The notes: generated from the sequence alone by a model not told the origin. 62,676 nt of DNA from Fibrobacteria bacterium (GCA_043745805.1 JAYTSD010000002.1:1-62676); one strand, 5' to 3'. Shown: positions 8,182-19,031, numbered from the stretch's first letter. A program made the numbers and translations.

Positions 8182-8630
8182 TTTTAACGCAAGCTGTGGG
8201 ACTAGGGTTACTGCTCTCGCTTTATCTTTCGGAAGTATTAGGCTTTGTGGCCGGTGGTTTAGTGGTACCAGGGTATTTTGTGGTGATATCCTCTAAACCT
8301 TATATGTTACTCGCCACCATTCTGGCTAGTCTATTGGCTTTGGGAATGCTCAAAATTGTATCGCGTTGGGCCTTAATTTATGGACGTCGACGTTTATTTT
8401 TATCGGTGGTTTTAGGGTATGCTTTTGCGGAAATTAGTCGCTTACTATTTTATATATCTCCCAATGAATTATTAATGCAATTACAAGCATTCGGTTTTAT
8501 TTTACCTGGGCTATTAGCGTATTGGATGGATAAGCAAGGTATTTTACCTGCTTTAGGAATGTTGTCAGTAGTGGTAACCATGGTACGTTTGATGCTCATC
8601 ATTATTCATGGAGGAGCGAATATTATATGA
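8178..8630 (+). CDS. pgsC: Poly-gamma-glutamate biosynthesis membrane protein PgsC/CapC
   Basis: GGLVVPGY, IYGRRR, GFILPGLLAYWMDKQG; ATGA overlap with pgsB. Confidence 0.95.
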   Translation: MILTQAVGLGLLLSLYLSEVLGFVAGGLVVPGYFVVISSKPYMLLATILASLLALGMLKIVSRWALIYGRRRLFLSVVLGYAFAEISRLLFYISPNELLMQLQAFGFILPGLLAYWMDKQGILPALGMLSVVVTMVRLMLIIIHGGANII

Positions 8631-9748
8631 AAATGCATAGACATAAATTAACCTATGCCGAAATTGTTACCCTCGGTTTGGTGGGCGCAGGGGTAATTTT
8701 TCTTTCGGTATTGAGTTTACATGATAGACCCACCGAAGGGTATGACAAAAAAAAACAAGCTGCGATAAAAACCGCTGAGGCTTATGCGGCGATAAAATCT
8801 TATCGCATGCAAAGTGGATTGGGAATAGATACTTTGGACGACCCACAAGAAAGTGGAATGATAGGTGTTGATAAGTCTCCTATTACTACCGATGTAGGAG
8901 AATTGGAATCTAAGCTTACTTCGGTCAATCCGAATTGGTCAGCCGTGGTCATAGATAATTTAATACAAGCCAATGTAAAGCCTGGCGATGGGGTCGTGAT
9001 TGGTATGACTGGGTCATTTCCAGCCTTGAATACAGCAGTTATCATTGCCGTGGAAACTTTTGGTGCTATTCCAATTTGGATTATTTCCGAAGGCTCTTCC
9101 AATTGGGGCGCAAATATTCCGCAGTTAACTTGGCTTGACATGGAAAAAATTTTGCATGAAAAAGGACTTGTACAAGGTAAAGCTATTGCCTCGTCTTTAG
9201 GGGGAGCAAATAATGCAGGTGGAGGATTAACTCATGAAGGACGAGAAATTTTGCGTCATGCTATTGCAGCGAATCAAGTGCCTTTAATTGAAAAGCTTCC
9301 ATTGTCGGCTTCCATTGAAGAACAATTAGCGGCATATAAAAAAAATGCAGGGTCACATAAAATTTCGCTTTACATAAATGTGGGTGGTGGCTTGGGAAGT
9401 CTAGGCACGTCACGTGTAGGTGGTGTTTTAAAACCGGGATTAAATAATGTGCGTACTTATTTGGAAATTAAAGAAGAGCCTGTACAAGGCAATGTGGCTT
9501 ATTATTTAAGTCAAGGTGTTCCGGTTTTGAATCTTTTAAATATTGTGCCTTTGGCTCGATCAGCTGGATTACCCATTGCGCCTGGTGCAATTCCTGTTCC
9601 TGGTATAGGACCGGTTTTTTCCAAGCCGGCCTATAATGTTTGGATTAATGTTTTTTTGCTTTTAGCTTATTGCTTATTAGTTATGGCTGTAGCCTTTGGA
9701 TTCACTGAGTCGATTTTAAAAAACCCAAGAAAAGAAGAAATGATATGA
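8627..9748 (+). CDS. pgsW: Poly-gamma-glutamate system protein PgsW
   Basis: SPITTDVGELESKLTSVNPNW, TGSFPALN, SSNWGAN, SLGG, YINVGG; N- and C-terminal TM; ATGA overlap with pgsC. Confidence 0.85.
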   Translation: MKMHRHKLTYAEIVTLGLVGAGVIFLSVLSLHDRPTEGYDKKKQAAIKTAEAYAAIKSYRMQSGLGIDTLDDPQESGMIGVDKSPITTDVGELESKLTSVNPNWSAVVIDNLIQANVKPGDGVVIGMTGSFPALNTAVIIAVETFGAIPIWIISEGSSNWGANIPQLTWLDMEKILHEKGLVQGKAIASSLGGANNAGGGLTHEGREILRHAIAANQVPLIEKLPLSASIEEQLAAYKKNAGSHKISLYINVGGGLGSLGTSRVGGVLKPGLNNVRTYLEIKEEPVQGNVAYYLSQGVPVLNLLNIVPLARSAGLPIAPGAIPVPGIGPVFSKPAYNVWINVFLLLAYCLLVMAVAFGFTESILKNPRKEEMI

Positions 9749-11541
9749 AATCTCGATTACTTTTCCTTTTTATACTGTTAACATTATCGTTACCTAGCTA
9801 TGCTTCATGGGATAATATTACCGATTCCTTAGCCGGCTCGCATCTTACTGTGAAAAGTCAAAATGCCAGTAAGGTGTATTTGGAATTAATTCCCAGCAAA
9901 CCACTTAATTTAGAATTTCCCAAAAAATCAAGTTATCGCTGGAAAATTACTTCTATGGCGAAAGGAAATTTTTTTATAAAAAATGGAACGACGGTTATTG
10001 ACAGCAAAATCATCGCAAAAGGAGATAATGATTTTAAAATATTTTTGGAACCAGGAAAGTATCAAATTCATTCTACCATTGGTGCGCGCGCGGAATGTTT
10101 TATTTGGAAGAAAAAACGTAAGCTAGCGTCCTTAGTTCCTGAAGGAGGCGGGTTTGCAACGTATATGCATACGGGCGATAATAATTTTGCCTATTATCGT
10201 GTTACTACTGATACTGTTCCTGTACTTAGTGTTAAAGGTCCAACTATAGCTTATGTTTTTTTTCGTGCGAATATGGTGAAGGGAATTGAAAAAACCAAAG
10301 TCGATTTAACAGTAAAAGAAAATGATTCTATTGTGGCACATAAAATTTCTGAAATCACGAAGTCTTTGAAGGCCATGCCATCGGATGATAGTACCTTACT
10401 TATTTCTGAAGCTTTAGTAGTTCATTTTAAAGTGCCCGAAGGAATGCATAAATATTCCATTCATGTGCTTAATTGCAAAGGATACCTAAAATTTTATAAA
10501 GTCGACAAAAAATCAAAGAAAAATTCTGAAGGTCAATTAGAACAACAGGGCCAACTTGATGACAATGATGAACTTGATGATGAATTGGCCGCGAATGATT
10601 TGTTAGAGGATGAAGGACTAAAATTGGGTTTAGAATCCACTAAAGCTTTCCGGTTCACTTTTCATGGGGGGTTGCAATACGATAATAATGCCTATCGGTA
10701 TAGCAAAGGATTTTTAGATACTTTTGATTTGAATCTGAAATCGCGACGCTATCCTAATGTTCAAAAAACCTGGGATATAATATTTCCCCTTGGTGCCCAA
10801 GTATCGCTGCAAAGAGGTAATCTCTCCGTTGGCGCGAGTGCAAATGGTAATCTTTATTCAGCAAATGCAAACTTATCGAATATGGGCATGAATTTATTTA
10901 TGACATGGTCAGGACCATTGCGGTTACGGGCACAATATCATTGGACGCCTTATGATCCGGTTCGTCCCACATTCGACAATGCTTCTAACCTGTATAAATT
11001 CATGTGGTATTCTGAACATAAAGGAACTTTAGCTACGCAAATTACTTCTTGGAAAATAAAACCGAGCCTCGATTTTTCGTATGGCTATTACAATTACAAT
11101 TCCATTTTTAATAATTATGATGCCCCGTTTTGGGAAAGCGGAATTAGTGCTACGATGAATCAAATTATTGCCATCCAAATTCGCGGTAATATAGGTAAAG
11201 TTACTACTAAACATAACACTACTCAAGACGCCACCAATTTATTTCTGGGAGCAGAAGGAGAGGTTCATTATGATTTCAATACTTGGTTAATAGGAGTCAG
11301 GGGATCCATATTAAATCGTGGGTACGATACCAAGGATATTTTAGACACGCATCATCAAAGAAAAGATTTATCAGGTGATGAATTCTTTTATGTGAAAAAG
11401 AATTTGCATCGTTGGGCTATTGCTTCCAAGATTGGGTATTTATGGCGCGCTACGCAATCACCTCGGGCAAATATCGATGCGGATAAAGATTATGGTGCAT
11501 TTGTGATAGGGATTGATTTTTCATGGGGCATGAAGGTTTAG
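9745..11541 (+). CDS. Secreted protein: N-terminal beta domains, acidic linker, probable C-terminal outer-membrane beta-barrel
   Basis: Signal peptide; DDNDELDDE linker; GLQYDNNAY start and amphipathic aromatic-rich strands ending GIDFSWGMKV; ATGA overlap with pgsW. Confidence 0.65.
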   Translation: MKSRLLFLFILLTLSLPSYASWDNITDSLAGSHLTVKSQNASKVYLELIPSKPLNLEFPKKSSYRWKITSMAKGNFFIKNGTTVIDSKIIAKGDNDFKIFLEPGKYQIHSTIGARAECFIWKKKRKLASLVPEGGGFATYMHTGDNNFAYYRVTTDTVPVLSVKGPTIAYVFFRANMVKGIEKTKVDLTVKENDSIVAHKISEITKSLKAMPSDDSTLLISEALVVHFKVPEGMHKYSIHVLNCKGYLKFYKVDKKSKKNSEGQLEQQGQLDDNDELDDELAANDLLEDEGLKLGLESTKAFRFTFHGGLQYDNNAYRYSKGFLDTFDLNLKSRRYPNVQKTWDIIFPLGAQVSLQRGNLSVGASANGNLYSANANLSNMGMNLFMTWSGPLRLRAQYHWTPYDPVRPTFDNASNLYKFMWYSEHKGTLATQITSWKIKPSLDFSYGYYNYNSIFNNYDAPFWESGISATMNQIIAIQIRGNIGKVTTKHNTTQDATNLFLGAEGEVHYDFNTWLIGVRGSILNRGYDTKDILDTHHQRKDLSGDEFFYVKKNLHRWAIASKIGYLWRATQSPRANIDADKDYGAFVIGIDFSWGMKV

Positions 11542-11657
11542 AAAAAATTAAACCTAAAAATTTATTCTCACCAATTATTTCCATCCTAGTATTTGTCATT
11601 TGAATTTATCAAATATGTTGCAATTCATTTCAAACTAAAATCAGAAAGAAGGCGAAA

Positions 11658-12455
11658 TTGTCTCATCGTATCCCAGTTATTCCAACAACCCTTTTACTCA
11701 TAATTCTCCTCAACACCTTTTTATTCGCTGGCCTTCCTTTAGAAACTGAAACTGCAAGAACATTAAAGGCGGGTAAATTTGAATTTTCCTCGAGTTTTGA
11801 ATATCAAATGTCTTCGGAAGGTAAGGAACAAGCTTTGCCTATGGCATTTGAATATGGAGTTACCGACAAATTGGAGATAATGGTAGAGCCTGTATTTTAT
11901 ACAGCCATTTTACCGGATTCTGGTTCAAATTCTATTGGCATAGGTGACCTTGAAGTTACTTTAAATTATAAATTTTTTTCCGAAAAAGATTTGCTCCCTG
12001 CTTTTGCCATTGCAGGCGAAGTAAAAATTCCAACGGCCAAAAATCGTCAAATTGGCACGGGAGAAGCTGATTATGCAGGTTATTTCATTATGAGCAAAAA
12101 AATACATGATTTAGATATCCATTTAAATATGGGTTATACCGTGGTAGGTCAACCGACTGGGGTAACCTTGGATAATTTATATTCCTTTGCTTTGGCCGCA
12201 GAATATTATTTTAGCGAGGGCTTACAAATTGTAGCCGAAACCTATGGTAACACCTCTTCCTTTTCTGAAGGTGGAAGTGAAGCAGTAATTACTGGCGCGG
12301 AGAATAAAGTTATTCCCGAAGCTTCGGGTGGCGAGCTTGTGGGCGCATTGGGATTGCGATACTTTTGGCATCCTAAAATCGGAGTGGCCTTAGGATTAAG
12401 TTATGACAACAATAATGCAATTATGTTTGCACCGGGTTTATTAATTCATTTTTAA
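11658..12455 (+). CDS. Outer-membrane transporter/porin (MetA-pathway/SphA-like)
   Basis: Signal peptide, PLETETA, GIGDLEV, VKIPTA...GTGEAD, terminal Phe. Confidence 0.75.
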   Translation: MSHRIPVIPTTLLLIILLNTFLFAGLPLETETARTLKAGKFEFSSSFEYQMSSEGKEQALPMAFEYGVTDKLEIMVEPVFYTAILPDSGSNSIGIGDLEVTLNYKFFSEKDLLPAFAIAGEVKIPTAKNRQIGTGEADYAGYFIMSKKIHDLDIHLNMGYTVVGQPTGVTLDNLYSFALAAEYYFSEGLQIVAETYGNTSSFSEGGSEAVITGAENKVIPEASGGELVGALGLRYFWHPKIGVALGLSYDNNNAIMFAPGLLIHF

Positions 12456-12544
12456 TCGATTCGCTTTTGGTATATTAAATTATTTAAATGCTCTTTGAGT
12501 TGAGGGCTATTAGATAATATTTCATAAATCAAGAGTTAATTATC

Positions 12545-13306
12545 ATGGAAAATCAGAATAAAGCTATAACTCACATTAAAGTACCAGAAGTATTACTGTT
12601 ATTTTGGATTCTCAAAATAGTGGCCACCACTTTGGGAGAAACCGCCGGCGATGCTGTTTCCATGTCCATGAATTTGGGTTACTTAATGGGGACGGTGCTA
12701 TTTGCTGCAATATTTGTTTTGGCCGTCATAGCTCAAATGCGATCAAAAAAGTTTCACCCGCTGTTGTATTGGACTACCATTATTGCCACCACGACAGTAG
12801 GTACAACGCTTGCCGACTTTGTAGATCGTTCTTTAGGCATTGGTTATGCAGGCGGTACATCCCTATTAATCATTTTATTAATGGGATCTTTATTTGTTTG
12901 GCATCGATCCTTAGGCTCCATTTCTATTAATACTATTAACTCTCCGAAAGCAGAAATGTTTTATTGGGTAACTATTATGTTTTCGCAAACCTTAGGTACT
13001 GCTTTGGGAGATTGGACATCGGATACAGCAGGATTTGGTTATACCGGTGGTGCTATTTTGTTTGGATCTTTGTTGGCGTTAATTGCTGCATTGTATTATT
13101 GGAGTAAAATATCTCACACCGTGCTTTTTTGGGCGGGTTTTATTCTTACTCGGCCACTGGGTGCTGTGGTGGGTGACTTTTTGGATAAGCCTATTAGCAA
13201 GGGTGGATTGGCTTTAAGCCGCTATACCGCTTCTGCGGTTTTATTTGGATTTATGTTGGCTTGCATTTTGATTTTTAAACAAAGGTCTGCAAAAAGTAGC
13301 CATTGA
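12545..13306 (+). CDS. COG4705/DUF347 repeat membrane protein
   Basis: KVPEV..FWILKIVATTLGETAGD, YWVTIMFSQTLGTALGD, FILTRPLGA. Confidence 0.9.
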   Translation: MENQNKAITHIKVPEVLLLFWILKIVATTLGETAGDAVSMSMNLGYLMGTVLFAAIFVLAVIAQMRSKKFHPLLYWTTIIATTTVGTTLADFVDRSLGIGYAGGTSLLIILLMGSLFVWHRSLGSISINTINSPKAEMFYWVTIMFSQTLGTALGDWTSDTAGFGYTGGAILFGSLLALIAALYYWSKISHTVLFWAGFILTRPLGAVVGDFLDKPISKGGLALSRYTASAVLFGFMLACILIFKQRSAKSSH

Positions 13307-13358
13307 TCGGAAGCCTTTTTTAATTAACTTTTCGGCAAACCTTCCCGAGGAGTTTTCA

Positions 13359-16300
13359 ATGAATTTTTTGCGTCTATTCGCGTCTTGGTTAATCATTGTC
13401 ACCTCCTTTTATTTTTTGGCATGCAAAAAAAAAATCAAGGGTCCTAAAATAGACGCCGCTCTAGCAAGTTTGGTTTCGGGATTTAGTTCTGGTCCAATTT
13501 CTGCGAATGGCCCAATACGTATCGTCATGGTTAATGCGGTAGCTGATTCCAATATGATTAACAAAGAATTGCACAAAGAGACATTTGATTTTTCCCCTTC
13601 CATTAAAGGAATAGCCTTATGGGTGGATGAGCGTACTTTAGAATTTCGCCCCGCAGAAAAATTAAAACGAGGAAAAAATTATCATGTCGTAGTGCATTTG
13701 GATAAAGTTGTGCCCGTGCCGGAAAAATTGAAAGCCTTGGAATTTGATATTGTGGGTATGGAGCAATATTTTGAGAATAAGATCGGTAGCTTGGAGCTTG
13801 TGGATGAAAATCACTTAGAGCTACAACGACTAAGTGGTATCGCGCTTTTAGCAGATGCCGAGGAGGGGCAAATCGTTGAGGAAATTCTTTCCGTAAATCA
13901 AGAAGGACAGAATTTAAAGATAACTTGGGAACATAAAACGGATGGACGCGAACATGTTTTTCATATCGACAATTTAAAAAGAGGGGAAGCGGAGTCCAAA
14001 GTCGTTCTGCATTGGAATGGAAAATCTATTCAGGCAGATAAAGAATTAGCGGATACAATACGCATTCCTTCTATTAATGAGTTTAGTGTTTTAAGCGTGG
14101 AAGCTGGGCAAGGTTCAGAGCGTTACATATTGGTGCATCTTTCTGATCCCCCTAAAAAAAGCATGGATTTTCGCGGGTTAGTTGAAGTGTCGGATCAGGG
14201 TGGATTACGTTTTCAGGCTATAGGCAATGAGATTCGTGTATATAGTAGCAATGAATGGTCTGGATCTAAAAATGTACAAATTAATGCGGGACTATATAAT
14301 GTATTTGGTAAGCCCTTACAAAACCCTGGTACTTTTCAAATTAATTTCGAAGAAATTAAACCGGGTATTCGCTTTATTGGTAAAGGAGTCATTCTTCCTG
14401 GGAGTAGCGATTTAACCTTACCATTTGAGGCGGTTAATTTACGTGCCGTGCATGTCACCGTAACTCGCATTTTTTCAGGTAATATTCCACAATTTTTACA
14501 AGTCAATGACTTGGAAGGCGAAAATGAATTACAAAGAGTAGGCCGTGTAGTTTGGAATAAAACGCTGCATTTAAATCCCACGACTAGCATGAGTCAGCGA
14601 TGGGCACGTTATGCTCTTGATTTAACTGAAATCGTGAAAAAAGAGGATCAAGCAGGCTCTATGTACCGTATTTCCTTGTCCTTTGATCGATCGAATTCGC
14701 TTTACCCTTGTGCCGATTCTGCGGCGGCCAATACCCAAGAAAATTCGGTACAAAACTGGGATGAAGATCAAGAAGCACAAGCCAGTGGTTGGGATGGTGT
14801 GGAGGAATATTATGATGATAATGAAGGGTATCGTTGGGAAGATAGAGAAAATCCTTGTACGCCTTCTTATTATCGTTATGGACAAAAAAAGGCGGCGCGT
14901 AATTTTCTCGCTTCTAATATTGGCTTAATGGCAAAAACCGGTATGCCGGGACATCTATTTATTGTCGCGACGGATCTCCTAACGGCAAAGCCTTTGGGGA
15001 ATACCGAAATAGAAGTTTTGAATTATCAACATCAGGTGATGGCGCATACACAAACCGATGGGGATGGTTTTGCCGAAGTGGAATTAACAGGTAAGCCCTT
15101 TTTAATCAAGGCGATAAAGGAAAAACAACAAGGCTATCTCAAAGTGGATGAAAGAACGGCCATACAAATGGGGCAGTTTGAAGTAGGTGGATTGGCGGTG
15201 CAAGAAGGATTGAAAGGTTTTCTTTTTGGAGAGCGCGGCGTATGGCGTCCCGGAGACTCTTTATATTTGACTTTTATTTTGGAAGACAAACAAGGACGTT
15301 TACCTAGCGGTCACCCTTTAACCTTTGAGTTACGCGATCCGCAAGGGCGTGTGGTGCGCACTTTAACGCGTGAAGCCTCCGGATCTTTTTATTCTTTCGC
15401 CACGAACACTGACATTGATGCGCCTACTGGAAATTATTTGGCGCGTATTCATGCCGGCCCAGCTATTTTTGAAGAAAAGGTGAATATTGAAAATGTAATG
15501 CCTAATCGATTAAAAATTAGGGCTGACTTTTCTCCCAAACCATTAAGAAAAAATCTTCCTATTAAAGGTAACCTTGATGTTTCCTGGTTAAGTGGCGCGG
15601 TAGCCAAGTATTTAGAAGCAGAAGTGGAAATGACTTTGGAAAATGCAGCACCAAATTTCCCTATCTTTACCGATTATACCTTTGAGGATCCTTTAAGGAA
15701 TTTTCAAACGGAATCGCAAAATTTATTTCAAGGACGTATCGATGGAAGCGGTAAAGCATCATTCAGCCATACCGTAAAAGTTTCGGGGAAAGCACCAGGA
15801 TTTTTACAAGCGAATTTTCGCACGCGCGTGCTTGAAGCGGGAGGCGGTTTTAGTATCGATAGATACTCTCAGCCTTTTTATCCTTATAACGCTTATGTGG
15901 GCATGAAATTGCCCAGTGGCGATAAAGCGCGCAATATGTTACTTACCGATACCACACACAATATTCGCTTTTGCATGTTGGATACCAAGGGTCAAAAAAT
16001 TTCTCATCGGCGTTTACAAATTCACCTCTTTAAAATGGAATGGAAATGGTGGTGGCAAAAAGATCAAGAGTCTGCTAATTATATTAGTAGTGAATCGCGC
16101 AATGCTTTGCAAACCGACACGGTGCGCATTGCAGGTGGCGAAGGTACCTGGTCATTGAAAGTCAAATACCCTGAATGGGGACGTTATTTGATTCGCGCTT
16201 GCGATATGGACGACGGCGCAGAAGCGCATTGTACAGGTAAAGTTTTTTACATGGATTGGCCGGGATGGGCTGGACGCGCGCAACGTGAGGGTCCTGGTGG

Positions 16301-19019
16301 CGGAGCGGCTATATTATCCTTTACGAGCGATAAAGCCAAATATAATGTAGGTGAAAAAGTACGTATGAATATTCCCAGCCCCAAAGCCGGAAATGCTTTG
16401 ATCACCATTGAAAAGGGCGGACATATTCTAAAACATTATTGGATCCCATTAAAAGAAAAAGAAACCATTCATGAGTTTGAAGCGACGGCGGATATGGCTC
16501 CTAATGCTTATGTATATGCTGCACTATTGCAACCTCATCAGCAAACGCAAAATGATTTACCTATTCGTATGTATAATGTCGTGCCTATTCAAGTAGAAGA
16601 TCCCAATACGCATTTGCAACCATTGATCAATGTGGAGCCGAATATTTTTCGACCTGGAGAAAAAGCTAAAATCAAAGTCTCCGAAGCTGCGGGAAAAACC
16701 ATGCAATATGTAGTGGCTGTGGTGGATGAAGGGCTTTTAGATCTAACGCGTTTTAAAACACCTAATCCTTGGGAGCGTTTTTATGCACGCGAAGCCCTTA
16801 GTGTGAAAACCTGGGATCTCTATGACTTTGTAGCGGGAGCTTATGGCGGAAAATTAGAAAGGCTTTTATCTATTGGTGGCGATGAAAATATTAAACCCGC
16901 TAATGGCCATAAGGGCAATCGTTTTCCACCTATGGTTCGCTTTATAGGGCCATTTACTTTGGGTAAAGGAAAATCTGCGCAACATGAAATCGATATTCCT
17001 CAATATGTAGGTTCGGTAAGGGTAATGGTCATTGCTGGGCAAGAGGGTGCATATGGATATGCAGAAAAGGCGGTTCCTGTGCGCAAGCCTTTAATGGTAT
17101 TGGGCACTTTACCACGTATATTAGTCTCCGACGAAAAAGTCTCTTTGCCAATTTCGGTTTTCGCTTTGGAAAAAAATATACATAATGTTAACGTTGAAGT
17201 AACGGTATCCGGCCCGTTAAAACTGCTAGGTGAAAGCCATAAAAAAATAACCTTTAATGAACCTTCCGATGAATTGGTGACTTTTGATTTGCAATCCCTA
17301 GCTGCAATTGGTTGGGCTAAAGTCACTATCACGGCCAATAGCGGTGGAGAAAACGCCAAACAGGTCATTGAAATTGAAGTGCGTAATCCCAATCTGAGGG
17401 TAACCGATGTGCAGTCGATTTTATTGCAACCTGGGCAAAAATGGAATGGAGTATTAACTCTTCCTGGGATACGGGCAACCAATAAAGCAACGCTGGAATT
17501 GTCACGTTTGCAGCCTTTGGATTTAGGGAAACATTTAGGTTACCTTATTCATTATCCCTATGGCTGTGTGGAACAAACTACTTCTTCAGCTTTTCCGCAA
17601 TTGTATTTGGACGGGCTTATGGATTTACCTGCCGGATATAAAGCGAATATTGAAACTAATATAAAAGCCGCTATTAATCGTTTGCGTAGTTTTCAAACGT
17701 CACAAGGAGGGTTTTCTTTTTGGCCAGGTAGTGGAGAAGAAAATCCATGGGGAAGCAATTATGCGGGACATTTTCTTTTAGAGGCTGAGAAAAAGGGATA
17801 TAGTGTACCTGAAGCTTTACTAGCACAATGGAAAAAATATCAGAAAACTCAAGCGCAAAGCTGGCATGAAAGTAACAATCAAGATCAAGATCTCACACAG
17901 TCCTATCGCCTCTATACCTTAGCATTAGCAGGAGTTCCAGAGCTTGGGGCTATGAATCGCTTAAAGGAAGTAAAGAATTTAAGTATCACGGCACGTTGGC
18001 AATTAGGAGGTGCATATCAATTGGCTGGACAGAAGGAAGTTGCTTTATCTTTGGTAAAAGGAAATCCACAATCTGTGAAATCGTATCAAGAATTAGATGG
18101 TACTTTTGGAAGTGAATTACGCGATAAAGCGATGATGTTAGACATATTAACTCTCTTGGGAAAAAAAACCGAGGCCACTCCTTTAGTACAAAATATTTCT
18201 GATGCTTTAGTAAAAACGGAATGGCTAAGTACACAAACCACGGCCTATGCTTTATTAGCGATGGCGCATTATGCGGGAGCTAGTACGGATAAAGGGCAGA
18301 CTATAAACTACGGCTTAAAATTTAATAGCAAAAATGGAGATGGACAGTTCAAAAATATTTTAGCTCAACAAGAATTGAAAATAAATGATGGGGTTGAGAA
18401 TAAAGTGGAATTAGAAAATCGTAGTCAAGGCTTGCTATATGTACGCCTACTGCTAGAAGGTGTGCCGCAAATTGGGGAAGAAAAAGAGGCTTCCAATGGT
18501 TTGCAATTGCAAATTAAATATATGGATATGCATGGCAATTCTATAGAACCATTTTCCTTGGAACAAGGACAGGATTTTCAAGTGGAATATCATGTCATTC
18601 ATGCGGGTATTGGTTTGGGGCCTTTAAAACAATTAGCCTTAGCAAGTCTTTTCCCTTCGGGTTGGGAAATTCGTAATACGCGAATGGATGCTATAGATAA
18701 TAAGGATAGTAAATCCACTAAAGTAAACTCCAGTACAAATTCAAATTTTACGTATCAAGATTTTCGTGATACACAAGTGAATACTTTTTTTGATTTAGCT
18801 GTGAATGAAGAAAAAGTGTTTAAGTTTTTTCTGAATGCAGCTTATTTGGGAGTGTATCATTTGCCGCAAAGCCAAGTGGAAGCAATGTATAATGCAAGCA
18901 TCAATGCGCGATCTGCGAGTGGTAACGTGGAGGTTAAAGAATCCACTGGTGCAGAAGGAGATCCAAATGCGCCTTCCGCCTTAACCAAGCCTGGTCAAGA
19001 AAAGAGCGAGGAGAATTAA
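13359..19019 (+). CDS. Bacterial alpha-2-macroglobulin lipoprotein
   Basis: Lipobox FLAC, ERGVWRPGD MG2 motif, thioester YPYGCVEQ, WLSTQ. Confidence 0.95.
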   Translation: MNFLRLFASWLIIVTSFYFLACKKKIKGPKIDAALASLVSGFSSGPISANGPIRIVMVNAVADSNMINKELHKETFDFSPSIKGIALWVDERTLEFRPAEKLKRGKNYHVVVHLDKVVPVPEKLKALEFDIVGMEQYFENKIGSLELVDENHLELQRLSGIALLADAEEGQIVEEILSVNQEGQNLKITWEHKTDGREHVFHIDNLKRGEAESKVVLHWNGKSIQADKELADTIRIPSINEFSVLSVEAGQGSERYILVHLSDPPKKSMDFRGLVEVSDQGGLRFQAIGNEIRVYSSNEWSGSKNVQINAGLYNVFGKPLQNPGTFQINFEEIKPGIRFIGKGVILPGSSDLTLPFEAVNLRAVHVTVTRIFSGNIPQFLQVNDLEGENELQRVGRVVWNKTLHLNPTTSMSQRWARYALDLTEIVKKEDQAGSMYRISLSFDRSNSLYPCADSAAANTQENSVQNWDEDQEAQASGWDGVEEYYDDNEGYRWEDRENPCTPSYYRYGQKKAARNFLASNIGLMAKTGMPGHLFIVATDLLTAKPLGNTEIEVLNYQHQVMAHTQTDGDGFAEVELTGKPFLIKAIKEKQQGYLKVDERTAIQMGQFEVGGLAVQEGLKGFLFGERGVWRPGDSLYLTFILEDKQGRLPSGHPLTFELRDPQGRVVRTLTREASGSFYSFATNTDIDAPTGNYLARIHAGPAIFEEKVNIENVMPNRLKIRADFSPKPLRKNLPIKGNLDVSWLSGAVAKYLEAEVEMTLENAAPNFPIFTDYTFEDPLRNFQTESQNLFQGRIDGSGKASFSHTVKVSGKAPGFLQANFRTRVLEAGGGFSIDRYSQPFYPYNAYVGMKLPSGDKARNMLLTDTTHNIRFCMLDTKGQKISHRRLQIHLFKMEWKWWWQKDQESANYISSESRNALQTDTVRIAGGEGTWSLKVKYPEWGRYLIRACDMDDGAEAHCTGKVFYMDWPGWAGRAQREGPGGGAAILSFTSDKAKYNVGEKVRMNIPSPKAGNALITIEKGGHILKHYWIPLKEKETIHEFEATADMAPNAYVYAALLQPHQQTQNDLPIRMYNVVPIQVEDPNTHLQPLINVEPNIFRPGEKAKIKVSEAAGKTMQYVVAVVDEGLLDLTRFKTPNPWERFYAREALSVKTWDLYDFVAGAYGGKLERLLSIGGDENIKPANGHKGNRFPPMVRFIGPFTLGKGKSAQHEIDIPQYVGSVRVMVIAGQEGAYGYAEKAVPVRKPLMVLGTLPRILVSDEKVSLPISVFALEKNIHNVNVEVTVSGPLKLLGESHKKITFNEPSDELVTFDLQSLAAIGWAKVTITANSGGENAKQVIEIEVRNPNLRVTDVQSILLQPGQKWNGVLTLPGIRATNKATLELSRLQPLDLGKHLGYLIHYPYGCVEQTTSSAFPQLYLDGLMDLPAGYKANIETNIKAAINRLRSFQTSQGGFSFWPGSGEENPWGSNYAGHFLLEAEKKGYSVPEALLAQWKKYQKTQAQSWHESNNQDQDLTQSYRLYTLALAGVPELGAMNRLKEVKNLSITARWQLGGAYQLAGQKEVALSLVKGNPQSVKSYQELDGTFGSELRDKAMMLDILTLLGKKTEATPLVQNISDALVKTEWLSTQTTAYALLAMAHYAGASTDKGQTINYGLKFNSKNGDGQFKNILAQQELKINDGVENKVELENRSQGLLYVRLLLEGVPQIGEEKEASNGLQLQIKYMDMHGNSIEPFSLEQGQDFQVEYHVIHAGIGLGPLKQLALASLFPSGWEIRNTRMDAIDNKDSKSTKVNSSTNSNFTYQDFRDTQVNTFFDLAVNEEKVFKFFLNAAYLGVYHLPQSQVEAMYNASINARSASGNVEVKESTGAEGDPNAPSALTKPGQEKSEEN

Positions 19020-19031
19020 GTTTTTAGTCGC

